A DNA stretch of 64,000 nucleotides from Octopus vulgaris (GCA_951406725.2 OX597816.1:6696001-6760000); one strand, 5' to 3'; numbered from the stretch's first letter, positions 39,349 through 53,673 are shown. The notes: a model not told the origin generated them from the letters alone. Numbers and translations are program-made.

Positions 39349-39430
39349 TAGATGAACAGCTAATGGTTACTTTTCATTAAAATGCCTTTATTTTTATATA
39401 TCCAATGTGTATTTTTTTTTAACTTTTCCC

Positions 39431-39480
<50 letters not shown>

Positions 39481-39604
39481 AGTAAATTCAGAGAAAATCT
39501 TTAAAAACCTTTTATTTGCTCAACATTATTGCACTCCCGCCATCAAATTCACGTTGCCTGAAGAGGTGCACAGGTATGCCATGCGTCAAATGCCAAGGTG
39601 ACCG

Positions 39605-39725
39605 TAGAGCAGCGTGCGATGAAGCGTTCTGCTCATGAACACAACGCACCACCCAGTCCAGGGTTTGAAACTACGATCTGGCGATCGTGAGTGCAATACA
39701 CTAACCACTAAGCCACGCGCCTCCA
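39605..39725 (-). mobile_element. tRNA-derived SINE head (family C-like)
   Basis: ggaggcgcgtggcttagtggttag..gtttcaaacc (A/B boxes) on the minus strand. Confidence 0.65.
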
Positions 39726-40190
39726 CATACATACATACATGCATTAATACACCTATGCATACATTAATATATACATACAAACATATATACACACTGCCTA
39801 AGTACCAATCTTGAGAAATGAGGCTTCTCAAAAACCAGAAAGGTGAAAGCTAATTCGAAGACTACAGATCCAATCCATCACTGGAACTGTAAAAATCTGT
39901 AAAACTTTCCAGAAGTTTATCATTTAAATATATATGAGCATGTCTAGATATGTAACTATATGCATGACAATACATACATAAAACAAAACATACAAATCTG
40001 AACATATAAATACATACAAACAAACAAAAATACCCTGTTTTTCATGTTGAAATTCTAGGTTAGAAACCAGCTCTTTCTGTATTGGCAAGAAATCTTGAAA
40101 TGAAAGTGAACAATGACATACATACATACATACATACATACATACATACATACATACATACATACATACATACATACATACATACATACA

Positions 40191-40221
<31 letters not shown>

Positions 40222-40222
<1 letters not shown>

Positions 40223-40637
40223 CTCTTTACTCTTTAACTCTTTTACTTGTTTCCGCCATTTGACTGCGGCCATGCTGGAGCACCGCCTTTAGTTGAGCAC
40301 ATCGACCCCAAGACTTATTCTTTGTAAGCCTAGCACTTATTCTATCGGTCTCTATTGCCGAACCGCTAAGTTACGGGAACGTAAACACACCAGCATCGGT
40401 TGTCAAGCAATGCTAGGGGGACAAACACAGACACACAAACATATACACACACATACATATATATACATATATACGACGGGCTTCTTTCAGTTTCCGTCTA
40501 CCAAATCCACTCACAAGGCATTGGTCGGCCCGGGGCTATAGCAGAAGACACTTGCCCAAAATGCCACGCAGTGGGACTGAACCCGGAACCATGTGGTTGG
40601 TAAGCAAGCTACTTACCACACAGCCACTCCTGCGCCT
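40222..40637 (-). mobile_element. SINE family A, full length
   Basis: Reverse complement of the family A sequence. Confidence 0.92.
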
Positions 40638-41492
40638 TATATATTAATATATTAATACATATATATATTAATACATACATGCATACATACATATCGTTAT
40701 AACATTTGGAACCCCTGCCGAGGCGGCGTTCACCATTCCTGCAACACTGCAAACACCTGCCACGCCTGTTCTCTCTAAGAAATTAAGTTTTTCGACAGGA
40801 ATCATTTATAAGAATGAAAACGCTTATGAATTAGTAAAAAAAAAAAAAGTTACCAAATTCTATATTCGATTTATAGTTCCTTGTTATAATTATAGTCAAC
40901 GAAACACTTGGCTATGTGTCAAAATGCCAGAGTACCAGTCTTGAAAATTTGCATTTCACAAAAATAGAACTAAATCGATTGATTAACAGAGAGGAATTGT
41001 AAAGATTCTTGCCGAGATCTGCTCTACGCTCAATTTTGTCTACTCCAGAAAACGCTTGTCATTCACTTAAATAAATGACAGAACTTTGTTAAAGAAAATA
41101 GAAATAAATAGCAAAAGTTACTTTTCCCAGTCTGAATTCGATTTTACTGGAAAACATGTGTACTGGTGGTGGTAGTTGTGGTAGTGGTGTGTGTCAGTAG
41201 TCTACATGTGTGGTTGTGGCTGCTTTGTTACATATCGTAGTTCTGTATTTTTAGAGGAGACACACGGTGCAACAACTGTCTTCGGCGATGCATGTGTAAT
41301 ACAAAACTCGCTCTGAGTCTTACAAAAAAACTATACATGAAGTGCTCGTTGTGTTCTTCCTGCTTAGTGTTCGTTTAGGCATGAATGCGGCATCGATTTG
41401 CTTCTTATCGGCACTGATTTATTGTTTTACATACAGATCGAACTGCAAACACGTACGTACGTGCACGCACGCACACACGTATATAATTTTAA

Positions 41493-41640
41493 AGGCGTGA
41501 CTGTGTGCTAAGATGCTTTCTTCTCCAACCACATGGTTCTGCGTTCAGTCCCACCGCGTGGCACCTTGAGCAAGTGTCTTATACTATAACCTCAAGTCAA
41601 AGCCTTGTGAGTGAACTTGGTAGACAAAAACTAAAAGAAG
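41493..41640 (+). mobile_element. SINE family A 5' part
   Basis: gttcagtcccaccgcgtggcaccttgagcaagtgtctt. Confidence 0.8.
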
Positions 41641-41809
41641 CATTTTAACGCCTCCCACGTTATTTTCTTCACCTCTTCCACATCTAAAGATTCCGTAGCA
41701 CTAGACAGACAGGCAGATAAACAGACAGACAGACAGACAGACAGATATATATATAGAAACATATATAGATATATAGATATATATATAGATAGATACATAT
41801 ATATATAGT

Positions 41810-41957
41810 TAATCCAAACATGAAAACACAAAGAGAAAACACAACACGAGGACGCTGAACAAGTATAGTGTTATTGGACGCTCAGGAAAGGATAAACGAA
41901 GGAGGATTTAACGTTTCGAGCGGAGCTCTTCGTCAGAAACATAGGAAAAGGAAAGAT
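41810..41957 (-). mobile_element. PLE pseudo-LTR-like fragment with minimal hammerhead (41906-41940)
   Basis: atttaacgtttcgagcggagctcttcgtcagaaac is the reverse complement of 39054-39088. Confidence 0.7.
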
Positions 41958-42413
41958 GAAAGTTAACAAGCCGAAATTTCGAAGTTACTATCAATCTTGC
42001 AATAAATTATAGATATATAGTCAACTAAAATCGATTGGGTAATCCTTTAGCTTAAAATTAAAATGTTTATTATATATATAACTTGTCTTAAACACAGATA
42101 CACATTAAGAAGGTACAAAAAGAAGACAACACGGCAGGGGTAAGTTTGTACACACACACACACACACAAATATATATACATGTATGCACATATATATACA
42201 CGCATATATGCATATAAATATATACACATATATGCACATCGTCATATACGCATACATGTGTGTGCATGTGTGTGTGTATGTGCGTGTGCGTGCGTACGTA
42301 TGTAAGACGAAGTGAATTAATCGCATTCATTTCGTTGTCGACGTTCCAGTCTGATGTAAATGAGATGACAAAGGACTGACTTCGTCTTACTCTAGGAATA
42401 TACGTCTGGCTCT

Positions 42414-44247
42414 GTGTCTTTGTGTACCCGTATATACGTGTGTCTTTGTGTACCCGTATATAAGTGTGTCTTTGTGTACCCGTATATACGTGTGTCTTTG
42501 TGTACTCGTATATACGTGTGTCTTTGTGTACCCGTATATACGTGTGTCTTTGTGTACCCGTATATACGTGTGTCTTTGTGTACCCGTATATACGTGTGTC
42601 TTTGTGTACCCGTATATACGTGTGTCTTTGTGTACCCGTATATACGTGTGTCTTCGTGTACCCGTATATACGTGTGTCTTTGTGTACCCGTATATACGTA
42701 TGTCTTTGTGTACCCGTATATACGTGTGTCTTTGTGTACCCGTATATACGTGTGTCTTCGTGTACTTGTATATACGTGTGTCTTTGTGTACCCGTATATA
42801 CGTGTGTCTTCGTGTACCCGTATATACGTGTGTCTTCGTGTACCCGTATATACGTGTTTCTTTGTGTACCCGTATATACGTGTGTCTTCGTGTACCCGTA
42901 TATACGTGTGTCTTTGTGTACCCGTATATACGTGTGTCTTCGTGTACTCGTATATACGTGTGTCTTTGTGTACCCGTATATACGTGTGTCTTCGAGTACC
43001 TGTATATACGTGTGTCTTTGTGTACCCGTATATACGTGTGTCTTTGTTTACCCGTATATACGTGTGTCTTCGTGTACCCGTATATACGTGTGTCTTTGTA
43101 TACCCGTATATACGTGTGTCTTCGTGTACCTGTATATACGTGTGTCTTTGTGTACCCGTATATACGTGTGTCTTCGTGTACCCGTATATACGTGTGTCTT
43201 CGTGTACCTGTATATACGTGTGTCTTTGTGTACCCGTATATACGTGTGTCTTTGTGTACCTGTATATACGTGTGTCTTTGTGTACCCGTATATACGTGTG
43301 TCTTTGTGTACTCGTATATACGTGTGTCTTTGTGTACCCGTATATACGTGTGTCTTCGTGTACCTGTATATACGTGTGTCTTTGTGTACACGTATATACG
43401 TGTGTCTTTGTGTACCCGTATATACGTGTGTCTTTGTGTACCCGTATATACGTGTGTCTTCGTGTACCTGTATATACGTGTGTCTTTGTGTACCCGTATA
43501 TACGTGTGACTTTGTGTACTCGTATATATGTGTGTCTTTGTGTACCCGTATATACGTGTGTCTTTGTGTACCCGTATATACGTGTGTCTTTGTGTACCCG
43601 TATATACGTGTGTCTTTGTGTACCCGTATATACGTGTGTCTTCGTGTACCCGTATATACGTGTGTCTTCGTGTACCCGTATATACGTGTGTCTTTGTGTA
43701 CCCGTATATACGTGTGTCTTCCGTGTACCCGTATATACGTGTGTCTTTGTGTACCCGTATATACGTGTGTCTTCGTGTACCCGTATATACGTGTGTCTTT
43801 GTGTACCCGTATATACGTGTGTCTGTCGTGTACCCGTATATACGTGTGTCTTCGTGTACCCGTATATACGTGTGTCTTTGTGTACCCGTATATACGTGTG
43901 TCTTCGTGTACCCGTATATACGTGTGTCTTTGTGTACCCGTATATACGTGTGTCTTCGTGTACCTGTATATACGTGTGTCTTCGTGTACCCGTATATACG
44001 TGTGTCTTTGTGTACCCGTATATACGTGTGTCTTTGTGTACCCGTATATACGTGTGTCTTCGTGTACCTGTATATACGTGTGTCTTTGTGTACCCTTATA
44101 TACGTGTGTCTTAGTGTACCTCTATATACGTGTGTCTTTGTGTACCCGTATATACGTGTGTCTTCGTGTACCTGTATATACGTGTGTCTTTGTGTACCCG
44201 TATATACGTGTGTCTTTGTGTACCCGTATATACGTGTGTCTTTGTGT
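42414..44247. repeat. 26-bp minisatellite (gtgtgtctt(t/c)gtgtacccgtatatac), about 70 copies
   Basis: Directly visible and highly homogeneous. Confidence 0.97.
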
Positions 44248-44669
44248 ATGTGTCTATGAATGTCTATAAGTGTCTTTGTTTGCGTTTTTTTAAGAATATT
44301 GTAACGGGTGTTTTCCTTGTGGCAGTCTGTATGGGTATGCGTATATACGTACGTATATATATATGTGTATATATGGGAGCTTGCGAGAGTTTGTGAAAGA
44401 CGAGTGTGTCGTTGGCTTCTTTCTCCTTCAAAGCTGAGAGCGCATCAGTAGTAAAATACAATGGCCTTTCATTGATGAGCGGTTGTAAACAATTTCATTG
44501 GCCTCGATCGTCAAGATCTACGTGTTCAATATGTATGGCCGGTGGTTTTTCTTATAATAGGCTACGGCTATATAGATTGCGAAAAACACAATAAAATCTG
44601 TACGGAAATCAAAAGATTTCTCTGTTTCTTTGTTGTTCGGTCTGCAGAATTGAAAGTCTTCAGCGCTTT

Positions 44670-44759
<90 letters not shown>

Positions 44760-44819
44760 CAAACACACATACACATATATATATGCACACACGCACAAAC
44801 AGCTAACATATATACAGAC

Positions 44820-44949
44820 ATATACATACAAACGTATGTACACACGTACACACATACATACATACATACATACATACATGCATATATACATGCATACATA
44901 CATACATACATACATACATACATACATGCATACATACATACATACATAC

Positions 44950-44980
<31 letters not shown>

Positions 44981-45125
44981 CATGCATGCATACATACATA
45001 CATACATACATACATACATACATACATACATACATACATACATACATGCATATATACAAGCATACATACATACATACATACATACATACATACATACATG
45101 TATACATACATACATACATACATAC

Positions 45126-45160
<35 letters not shown>

Positions 45161-45261
45161 CATACATACATACATACATGCATGCATACATACATACATA
45201 CATACATACATACATACATACATACATACATACATACATACATACATACATACATACATAC

Positions 45262-45292
<31 letters not shown>

Positions 45293-45455
45293 CATACATA
45301 CATACATACATACATACATACTTACATACATACATACATACACACACATACATACATACATACATACATACATACATACATACATACATACATACATACA
45401 TACATACATACATACATACATACATACATACATACATACATACATACATACATAC

Positions 45456-45486
<31 letters not shown>

Positions 45487-45599
45487 CATACATACATACA
45501 TACATACATACATACATACATACATGCATGCATACATACATACATACATACATACATACATACATACATACATACATACATACATACATACATACATAC

Positions 45600-45630
<31 letters not shown>

Positions 45631-45731
45631 CATACATGCATACATACATACATACATACTTACATACATACATACATACACACACACATACATACATACA
45701 TACATACATACATACATACATACATACATAC

Positions 45732-45762
<31 letters not shown>

Positions 45763-46480
45763 CATGCATATATACAAGCATACATACATACATACATACA
45801 TACATACATGCATACATACATACATACATACACACATACATACATACATACATACATACATACATACATACATACATACTTACATACATACATACATACA
45901 TACAAGCATACATACATACACATAAATAATTTGTAAACAAAGTTAGGATCATACGTTTATTAAACAATTTTAACTTCCCAATGAAATAGACCCCATGGTT
46001 TAATCTTTGAGATTCATGAACTGATGCGTGGATATTTCCCATAATTTATATATTTTTTTGTATGTATGTATGTATGTATGTATGTATGTATGTATGTATG
46101 TATATATGTATGTATGTATGCATGTATGTGTGTTATGTATGTATGTGTGTATGCATGTATGTGTGTTATGTATGTATGTGTGTATGCATGTATGTGTGTT
46201 ATGTATGTATGTGTGTATGTATGTATGTATGTATGTGTGTTATGTATGTATGTATGTATGTATGTATGTATGTGTGTATGGATGGATGTATGTGTGTGTA
46301 TGTATGTATGTATGTATGTGTGTATGTATGCATGTATGTATGTATGTATGTATGTTTGTATGTATGTATGTATGTATGTGTGTTATGTATGTATGTATGT
46401 ATGTATGTATGTATGTATGTATGTATGTATGTATGTGTGTATGTATGTATGTATGTATGTATGTATGCATGTATGTATGA
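44820..46480. repeat. (CATA)n ~1.1 kb followed by oppositely oriented (TATG)n ~0.4 kb
   Basis: 44820-45920 and 46060-46480, separated by a ~140-bp spacer. Confidence 0.95.
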
Positions 46481-47383
46481 CAAAAGGGAGAAAGAGAGTC
46501 AGAGAGAGTGAGAGAAAGAAAACAGACGAACGGGTTACGATCTGGTTTTGCTACAATTGTTTTCATTAAGAATTTTTATTGCAGCATAAACATGGTCCAA
46601 TCAGGTGTGCAGTAGACACAACATCCGTGAGATTATGTATTATGTTACGCAAAGCTCAGAACAAATTATCAGTAACACGTTGGTTAATCAACAGATCATC
46701 AACAAGTGAAGTTTCTAATCAGAATTACCAACATTTAAGAGGGCGGACAGCAGAATGAAATTGTAAATTAAAGAATGAAAGGTATTTCTATACAAAAGAT
46801 GTCATTAAACTTAGCAACCTCGCTCATAAAGACTACTCTTTGTCAAAACGGGTTTGTATACCAGCAAATGGTAGGTAGGAAGCGTTACATTTGACCATAT
46901 CAAAATATATTTGAAGACAGTCGCCGTCGTTGGTCTAAAAAATCCTGTTGTGTTATATTGTTTAGAACATCAAAAGAGTGACACGGTTAGGAAACTCCGA
47001 CATTAGTTATCCATTAATTATTGCTGAACTAATAGAAATTTAGCTTTAATTAAGGGAGATCCAGTTAATTATGATTCAGGGAAAATAACTTAAGGAAAGC
47101 ACAGAGAATAGCTAAGGTCTCAACGATATTTCGGAGGAGAGGGAAATTAAAGGAGAGGAAGAAAAAAAAGGATTAGAAAATAATTGATTTAAGATGCAGC
47201 CATAATCCGAGTACCAGCAATCATAACACATAAATACTTAGAAACAGAAGAGGACAAATGTAAGGAGCCAGCCCATTGACGGCATAAACAAATATGTGTA
47301 TATTAGAATAATGGAGGTAGTTTAGGTAATAACCAGTGGCAACATAAAGATACAAATCTATAGAATATCGAAAATTAGAAATA

Positions 47384-47783
47384 TCCTTATATATAAAAGT
47401 GAGGTTGTGTGCTGTCTGTCTCCTACGATTTAGATTCCTAACTACTCCCACATTTTGCGGTGCAGTTTAACCAAAAGCGGGTATCTTATAGTCGTGATTC
47501 ATATCGAGCCCTTCTGAGTATTAGCGCACGTCTACGATGAGTCTACGATTTAAAAAAAAATTTACCATCAATTTTCCCCATATTTAACGCATTTTTGGCA
47601 TATATAAGGGAAGTAACTCTCTAAAAATTTATTATTAAATCTCAGAACGTAAAAAGCTACAGTAACACCCCCCCCCCCTTTGTCGTTAACCATATTGTGA
47701 TGGCTATTATACTTTACATTTCTAAAAATGCTTATATAGTTATTTCTCTTACAAACCCGAGCAACGCCGGGCGATACTGCTAG
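47384..47783 (+). mobile_element. non-autonomous Helitron
   Basis: A|TC start, subterminal hairpin cccg(agcaacgc)cggg, CTAG|T end; sister copy at 56688. Confidence 0.88.
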
Positions 47784-48459
47784 TTAGTTATACAACGGTA
47801 ATGAAGTTACGAGTTGAGTGGCCAGAAATAAAGGAGAAGGAAAAACAGAACCGATATTCCCAATAAAAAAAAAACGAAAAACAAACATGAATACCAATGT
47901 TTTTATAAACTAATATTGGCGTAATGTTATTGAGAATAAAGCAAATTAATTAAAATCATATTGGTTCAGTAAATTCTAAATTATTGTTTGTACTGAGAAA
48001 ATGGTAAAAGAATAAATAAGAATTATTAAGAATTATTAAGAACATAACCATAGAGGGCGACACTTGTTCATAAAGGTTAGAAGCAAACTGAAAAGAGTTA
48101 CTAAATTAAATTATATAAAATATAGATTATATAAAACTAGCCATCGGCATTTGAAGTTAGTACTGAGGGTAAGCAAAAGTATATTAAATATGATCAGTTA
48201 TAAGCATTAATAGTATTAAGATATGCTAGGCTACCCATGTATAATTCACGGATTTTATTATTAGCTCTATATTGTGTGGTGTATCTAGCACTCGCGGAAG
48301 ACATTATAGAATCGATTTGAAGTATAAGGAAGTTGTACTCCAATTTCTTAACATCAGATGACCTTTTCTTAAAAAGATTGTTACATGGCTGCTTCTTGAC
48401 CACTTGACCCACTCTAACATGCAACTCATACAACTAACTGTGATATATTCTACCAACCG

Positions 48460-49046
48460 GCGAACTGGCAGCATCGTTAGCACGCCGGGCGAAATGCGTT
48501 GCCGTATTTCGTCTGCATTTACGTTCTGAGTTCAAATTCCGCCGAGGTCGACTTTGCCTTTCATCATTTCGGGGTCGATTAAATAAGTACCAGTTACGCA
48601 CTGGGGGTCGATATAATCGACTTAATCCGTTTGTCTGTCTTTGTTTGTCCCCTCTGTGTTTAGCCCCTTGTGGGTAGTAAAGTAATAGGTATTTCGTCTG
48701 CTGCTACGTCCTAAGTTCAAATTCCGCCAAGGTCGACTTTGCCTTTCATCCTTTCGGGGTCGATTAAATAAGTACCAGTTACGCACTGGGGTCGATGTAA
48801 TCGACTTAATACCTATGTCTGTCCTTGTTTGTCCCCTCTGTGTTTAGCCCCTTATGGGTAGTAAAAGAAATAGGTATTTCGTCTGTTGCTACGTCCTAAG
48901 TTCAAATTCCGCCGAGGTCGACTTTGCCTTTCATCCTTTCGGGATCGATTAAATATGTACCAGTTACGCACAGGGGTCGATGTAATCGACTTAATCCGTC
49001 TGTCTGTCCTCTCTGTGTTTAGCCCCTTGTGGGTAATAAAGAAATA
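48460..49046 (+). mobile_element. SINE family B trimer with 18-bp TSD
   Basis: gatatattctaccaaccg at 48442 and 49047. Confidence 0.94.
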
Positions 49047-49588
49047 GATATATTCTACCAACCGACATAACACTCTAGCCTTCTCATATGTAATGGGGAA
49101 GTGACATCTACGAATTTCTCCTAAACACGATGGTTTCTGACTTTGCGAAGAGGTGGGACAGTCGATAAACATCGAGTTCAATCTTTGACTGGGACTGCAT
49201 TTCATCGATCCAGGAGGGATGAGAAACAAAGTTGATTCCGCTGAAGAAGAAAAAAAATACTGCAGAGCATTCGCCACCGTTTTTCTTTGTATTAAAAATA
49301 AAACAGCCACAATTTCCTGAAGACTCTCTGGAATTCTGTTCTAAAAACGCTCCAAATCAAACGGGACTGACAGCCTCTCTGCACCAAGAGGATGGCATAA
49401 AATTGAAGCAAATGTGTTAATAATGCAAACGACAATTTGTCCCAGAGACGAAGTCCGAAACTCAGAACATCGGTCTCCAGCGACTGAGGAAAAATTCTGT
49501 ATGTATGTGTATATGTGCGCGCGAGGTATGCATGTGTATATGTATGTGCGTGTATGTATGTATATATATATATATAATTGTCTGTGTA

Positions 49589-49636
<48 letters not shown>

Positions 49637-49682
49637 TGTGTGTGTATATGTTTGTGTGTATGTCTGTGTGTGTGCGTGTATG

Positions 49683-49722
<40 letters not shown>

Positions 49723-49840
49723 TGTGTATGTGTGTGTTTGCGTGCATGTATATATATATATATATCTATATATATATATATATATATATAATTGTGTGTG
49801 TGTTAGTCTGTGTATGTATTTGTGTGTCTGTGTGTATGTA

Positions 49841-49874
<34 letters not shown>

Positions 49875-49917
49875 AAAAATAAATATATATATATATATAT
49901 AATTGTGCGTCTATCGC

Positions 49918-49978
<61 letters not shown>

Positions 49979-50559
49979 TGTGGATGCGTAACAAAGTTGC
50001 TTCCGTTTGATAACTCTACACACACGTGTAAACATAGATACAGATGTGTGTCTGTATCTCTGCGTCTGTGTGCTATCCTATGTTCGCTTTGTGTGCGTTT
50101 GCTTGTTTGTCTGTGTGTCTGAGCACGCGCGTGTTCCTGCGAATATCTTTCCACACTCAGATCTATTATGAATATAAATGAACTGGATGAGATGAATCAT
50201 CAAATAAAGTTTATCTATTTCAATGCATAAATGTGTGCGTGCGTGTTTGTGCAAGTATATTTGTGTGAGTATGTATACATCATGTATGTTTATGTGTGTG
50301 CGTATCATGAGCATCATCATTTAACGTCCGTTTTTTTTTGCATGCTTGCATGAGTCAGAAGAAATTTGTCGCGGCAAAAATAATCTTCTATGGCCTGGTG
50401 CTCTTCCTGTCGCCGACCTTCACCTGTTGCCAAACAAGGTTAATATCTCTCTACGGCCAGACATGTTTTTGTGGAATGTTGGAAACAAATGACAATGCTT
50501 GTATGAGGGTGATACTTATTTACAACAATCACACGACGTCATGGCAAGGAGACATAGAT

Positions 50560-50698
<139 letters not shown>

Positions 50699-50716
50699 GC
50701 TTTGGTATTCCCGGAG

Positions 50717-50779
<63 letters not shown>

Positions 50780-50780
<1 letters not shown>

Positions 50781-51597
50781 TAACTGACGTACACGATAAT
50801 TCCCGGGAAAGCGGGGCTTATCCGTTGGTTCCGTTCTCATAATTGTTTCACTAATCCAATAACAACAATACAAAGTATGTAACCCTTAAAGCGGTTATTG
50901 TGTATTTACAGAGAATACCGAACTGTCTTACATAGGATCTTGGTTTTTAGGAATACCCAATAAGTTATGAATACCCAAATTGTGAAGTCAGTAATGTAGT
51001 AAGAATTCAAATAAAGTAGCTCCGAAAAGAGCTTTAATGCGTTCCCAGAGTTTATAGAACATAGGAGGAAATACTAATAAGGTATGTATACTAAAATCGT
51101 GAAGCATGTTATGTAATAACAGGCTAATCAGATATGAGATAATAACAATTGAAAGTAAATAACTCTGAAAAGGGTTTTTGTGCGTTCCCAGAAAATATTA
51201 CCCTCAGAGGCGCTAGTGTTGGTATATTCGTGAATAAGTCACTAACCGAAATAAGTGGATCTATTATTTAGGAAAATACTATTTTCTTGTTTAAGGGTTG
51301 TACTGGATGAATTGCGAAAATAACTCTAACAGTTCAAATACTAAGAAATAAACATACTCAATTTCATTTTTACCAAATAATATAGGAAAATGAATGGGTT
51401 ATTTCCCTTGATTATATATAAGGATCCATTCCAAGTGACCTATTATCGATTCTTTTTTCAACAAACTGAGTATGCCATCAGTTTCCAGACATGAGTTCTA
51501 CTCACGTGTCAAGTTTCATCAAAATCGATAGAACGATGTAGGAGGAATTAGGTAACAACGCCACAAACAAACACAGACAGAATTTCCCACATATGTA

Positions 51598-51600
<3 letters not shown>
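50780..51600 (-). mobile_element. non-autonomous Helitron-like element (second family)
   Basis: The minus strand starts in TA repeats with ..tctgtctgtgtttgtttg..cgattttgatgaaacttg and ends cccgggaattatcgtgtacgtcagTTAG|T. Confidence 0.6.
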
Positions 51601-51647
<47 letters not shown>

Positions 51648-52099
51648 TTCGGCTGCTGCTTATACCATCAAACTCAGAACCAAATATATCTCTGCGCCCA
51701 TAAACATTTCTTTATACCCGCTACTACCTATCGAACGTTCACAAAGGATAAGAGAGAGAGAGAGAGAGACAGAGAGAGACAGAGACAGACAGACAGACAG
51801 ACAGAAAAAAGTCAAATGTCCTACCTATTTGAAGACAATGGAAATATTTTCAAAACATTTCGTTTAATTTTTTCATCAATTTAATTGTTTTTCTTCTTAA
51901 TTAATATCCACCTTTGTTTTACTCTTAGATGGAAAAGTCGAAAAGACAGAAACCGGTCCTAACCCTTACAAAATGTATTTCATAAAATTATTTAAGCATT
52001 TTCTACCTTGTGTTATTTTCTTTGTGTGTGTGTGTGTGTGTGTGCGTATGTGTGTGTGTATGCGCGCGTGTGTGTGTGTGTGCGTATGTGTGTGTGTGC

Positions 52100-52171
<72 letters not shown>

Positions 52172-52399
52172 TGTATGTATACTTTGTTTTTCTATTTAAT
52201 TTGCAAGATTCTTGATGTAAATTCGTATATTGATACAAATCTTGTATCTTGGGAGGGTCATTAAGCCAATAACACACGCCCTGGTTCAATACCACTACTT
52301 TATTTACACACAGGTATAAGACCAATTCTCAAACAGATTCAGAGCAGACCTTGGAAAGAAACGGGAAGTCACTAAGCCAATGAAAAAGACGCGAACGGA

Positions 52400-52845
52400 G
52401 ACGAAAGAACTTTGACTGACAAACGGCCGATTGATTATTCAACACAAACGAACAAAGGCTGAGACCACTTGCCATACGCCCCCGACACAATTCAAGCTCA
52501 CAACATAAATTCACTGCAACACAATTACTTTTCCTCAACAGGCCCTGTTCTATTTAACAACTCAATTTACCCAAAAACAATTAACCCAAATTAATCCATT
52601 AACCCAAAACGAATCAAAGTAGAAAAAGATCGCATCACCTTCAAACGAAACCTGAGCAAATTTCTTCAAAAGCTACCAGATAAGCCATTTTATACTTCGA
52701 TACATCTCAGCCAACAACAACACCTTATGTGAATGGGCCGTGATACCACAAACTTGACTTTGAAATTACTTAACAGATCCTATCAGGTGGTACTATTAAG
52801 TTGGATATGACCTGGGCCAATCTTGGGCCGAAACATATCTAAGTT
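52400..52845 (+). mobile_element. CR1-group LINE 3' end (second family)
   Basis: GPVLFNN..FKRNLSKFLQKLPDKP, then a 3' stem-loop ggcc(aatcttg)ggccgaaac. Confidence 0.65.
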
Positions 52846-52847
52846 AT

Positions 52848-53253
52848 TACTCTTTACTTATTTTTTCAGTCATTTGACTGTGGCCATGCTGGAGCACCGC
52901 CTTTAGTCGAGCAAATCGACTCCGGGACTTATTCTTTGTAAGCCCAGTACTTATTCTATCGGTCTCTTTTGCCGAACCGCTAAGTGATGGGGACGTAAAC
53001 ACACCAGCATCGGTTGTCAAGCAATGCTAGGGGGACAAACACAGACACACAAACATATACACACATACATATATATATATATATACATATATATGACAGG
53101 CTTCGTTCAGTTTCCGTCTACCAAATCCACTCACAAGGCTTTGGTCGGCCCGGGGCTATAGCAGACACTTGCCCAAGATGCCACGCAGTGGGACTGAACT
53201 CGGAACCATGTGGTTGGTTAGCAAGCTACTTGCCACACCGCCACTCCTGCGCC
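52848..53253 (-). mobile_element. SINE family A, full length
   Basis: Reverse complement of the family A sequence. Confidence 0.92.
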
Positions 53254-53360
53254 TATCTCCGTTACATACACGAGTGAGTGGTCAAACGAAAGAAAAAGGC
53301 ACTCAAAACATTTTAGTTGGAGTTACAAGAATCATTATTACATTATTAAAGACAGCGAAA

Positions 53361-53570
53361 GGCGGCGAGATGGCAGAATCGTTAGCACGCCGGGCGAAAT
53401 GTTTAGCGGTATTTCGTCTGCATTTACGTTCTGAGTTTAAATTCCGCCGAGGTCGGCTTTGCCTTTCATCCTTTCGGGGTCGATTATATAGGTACCAGTT
53501 ACGCACTATGGTCGATGAAATCGACTTAATCCTCTTCCCCCAAGCTGCCCTTGTGGCAAAAATTTGAAAT
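53361..53570 (+). mobile_element. SINE family B
   Basis: Head and core are present. Confidence 0.88.
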
Positions 53571-53638
53571 CATTCTTATTACATTATCATATATATATAA
53601 TAATTCGGCATAAAGCTAAATCAAAATGTTTTAAATTA

Positions 53639-53673
<35 letters not shown>

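Noticed and set aside
42387-44269. 334-601-aa repetitive ORFs, or a CRISPR-like array
   Set aside because: Direct 26-bp tandem units with no unique spacers; open frames arise from a stop-free unit; eukaryotic context with no cas genes.
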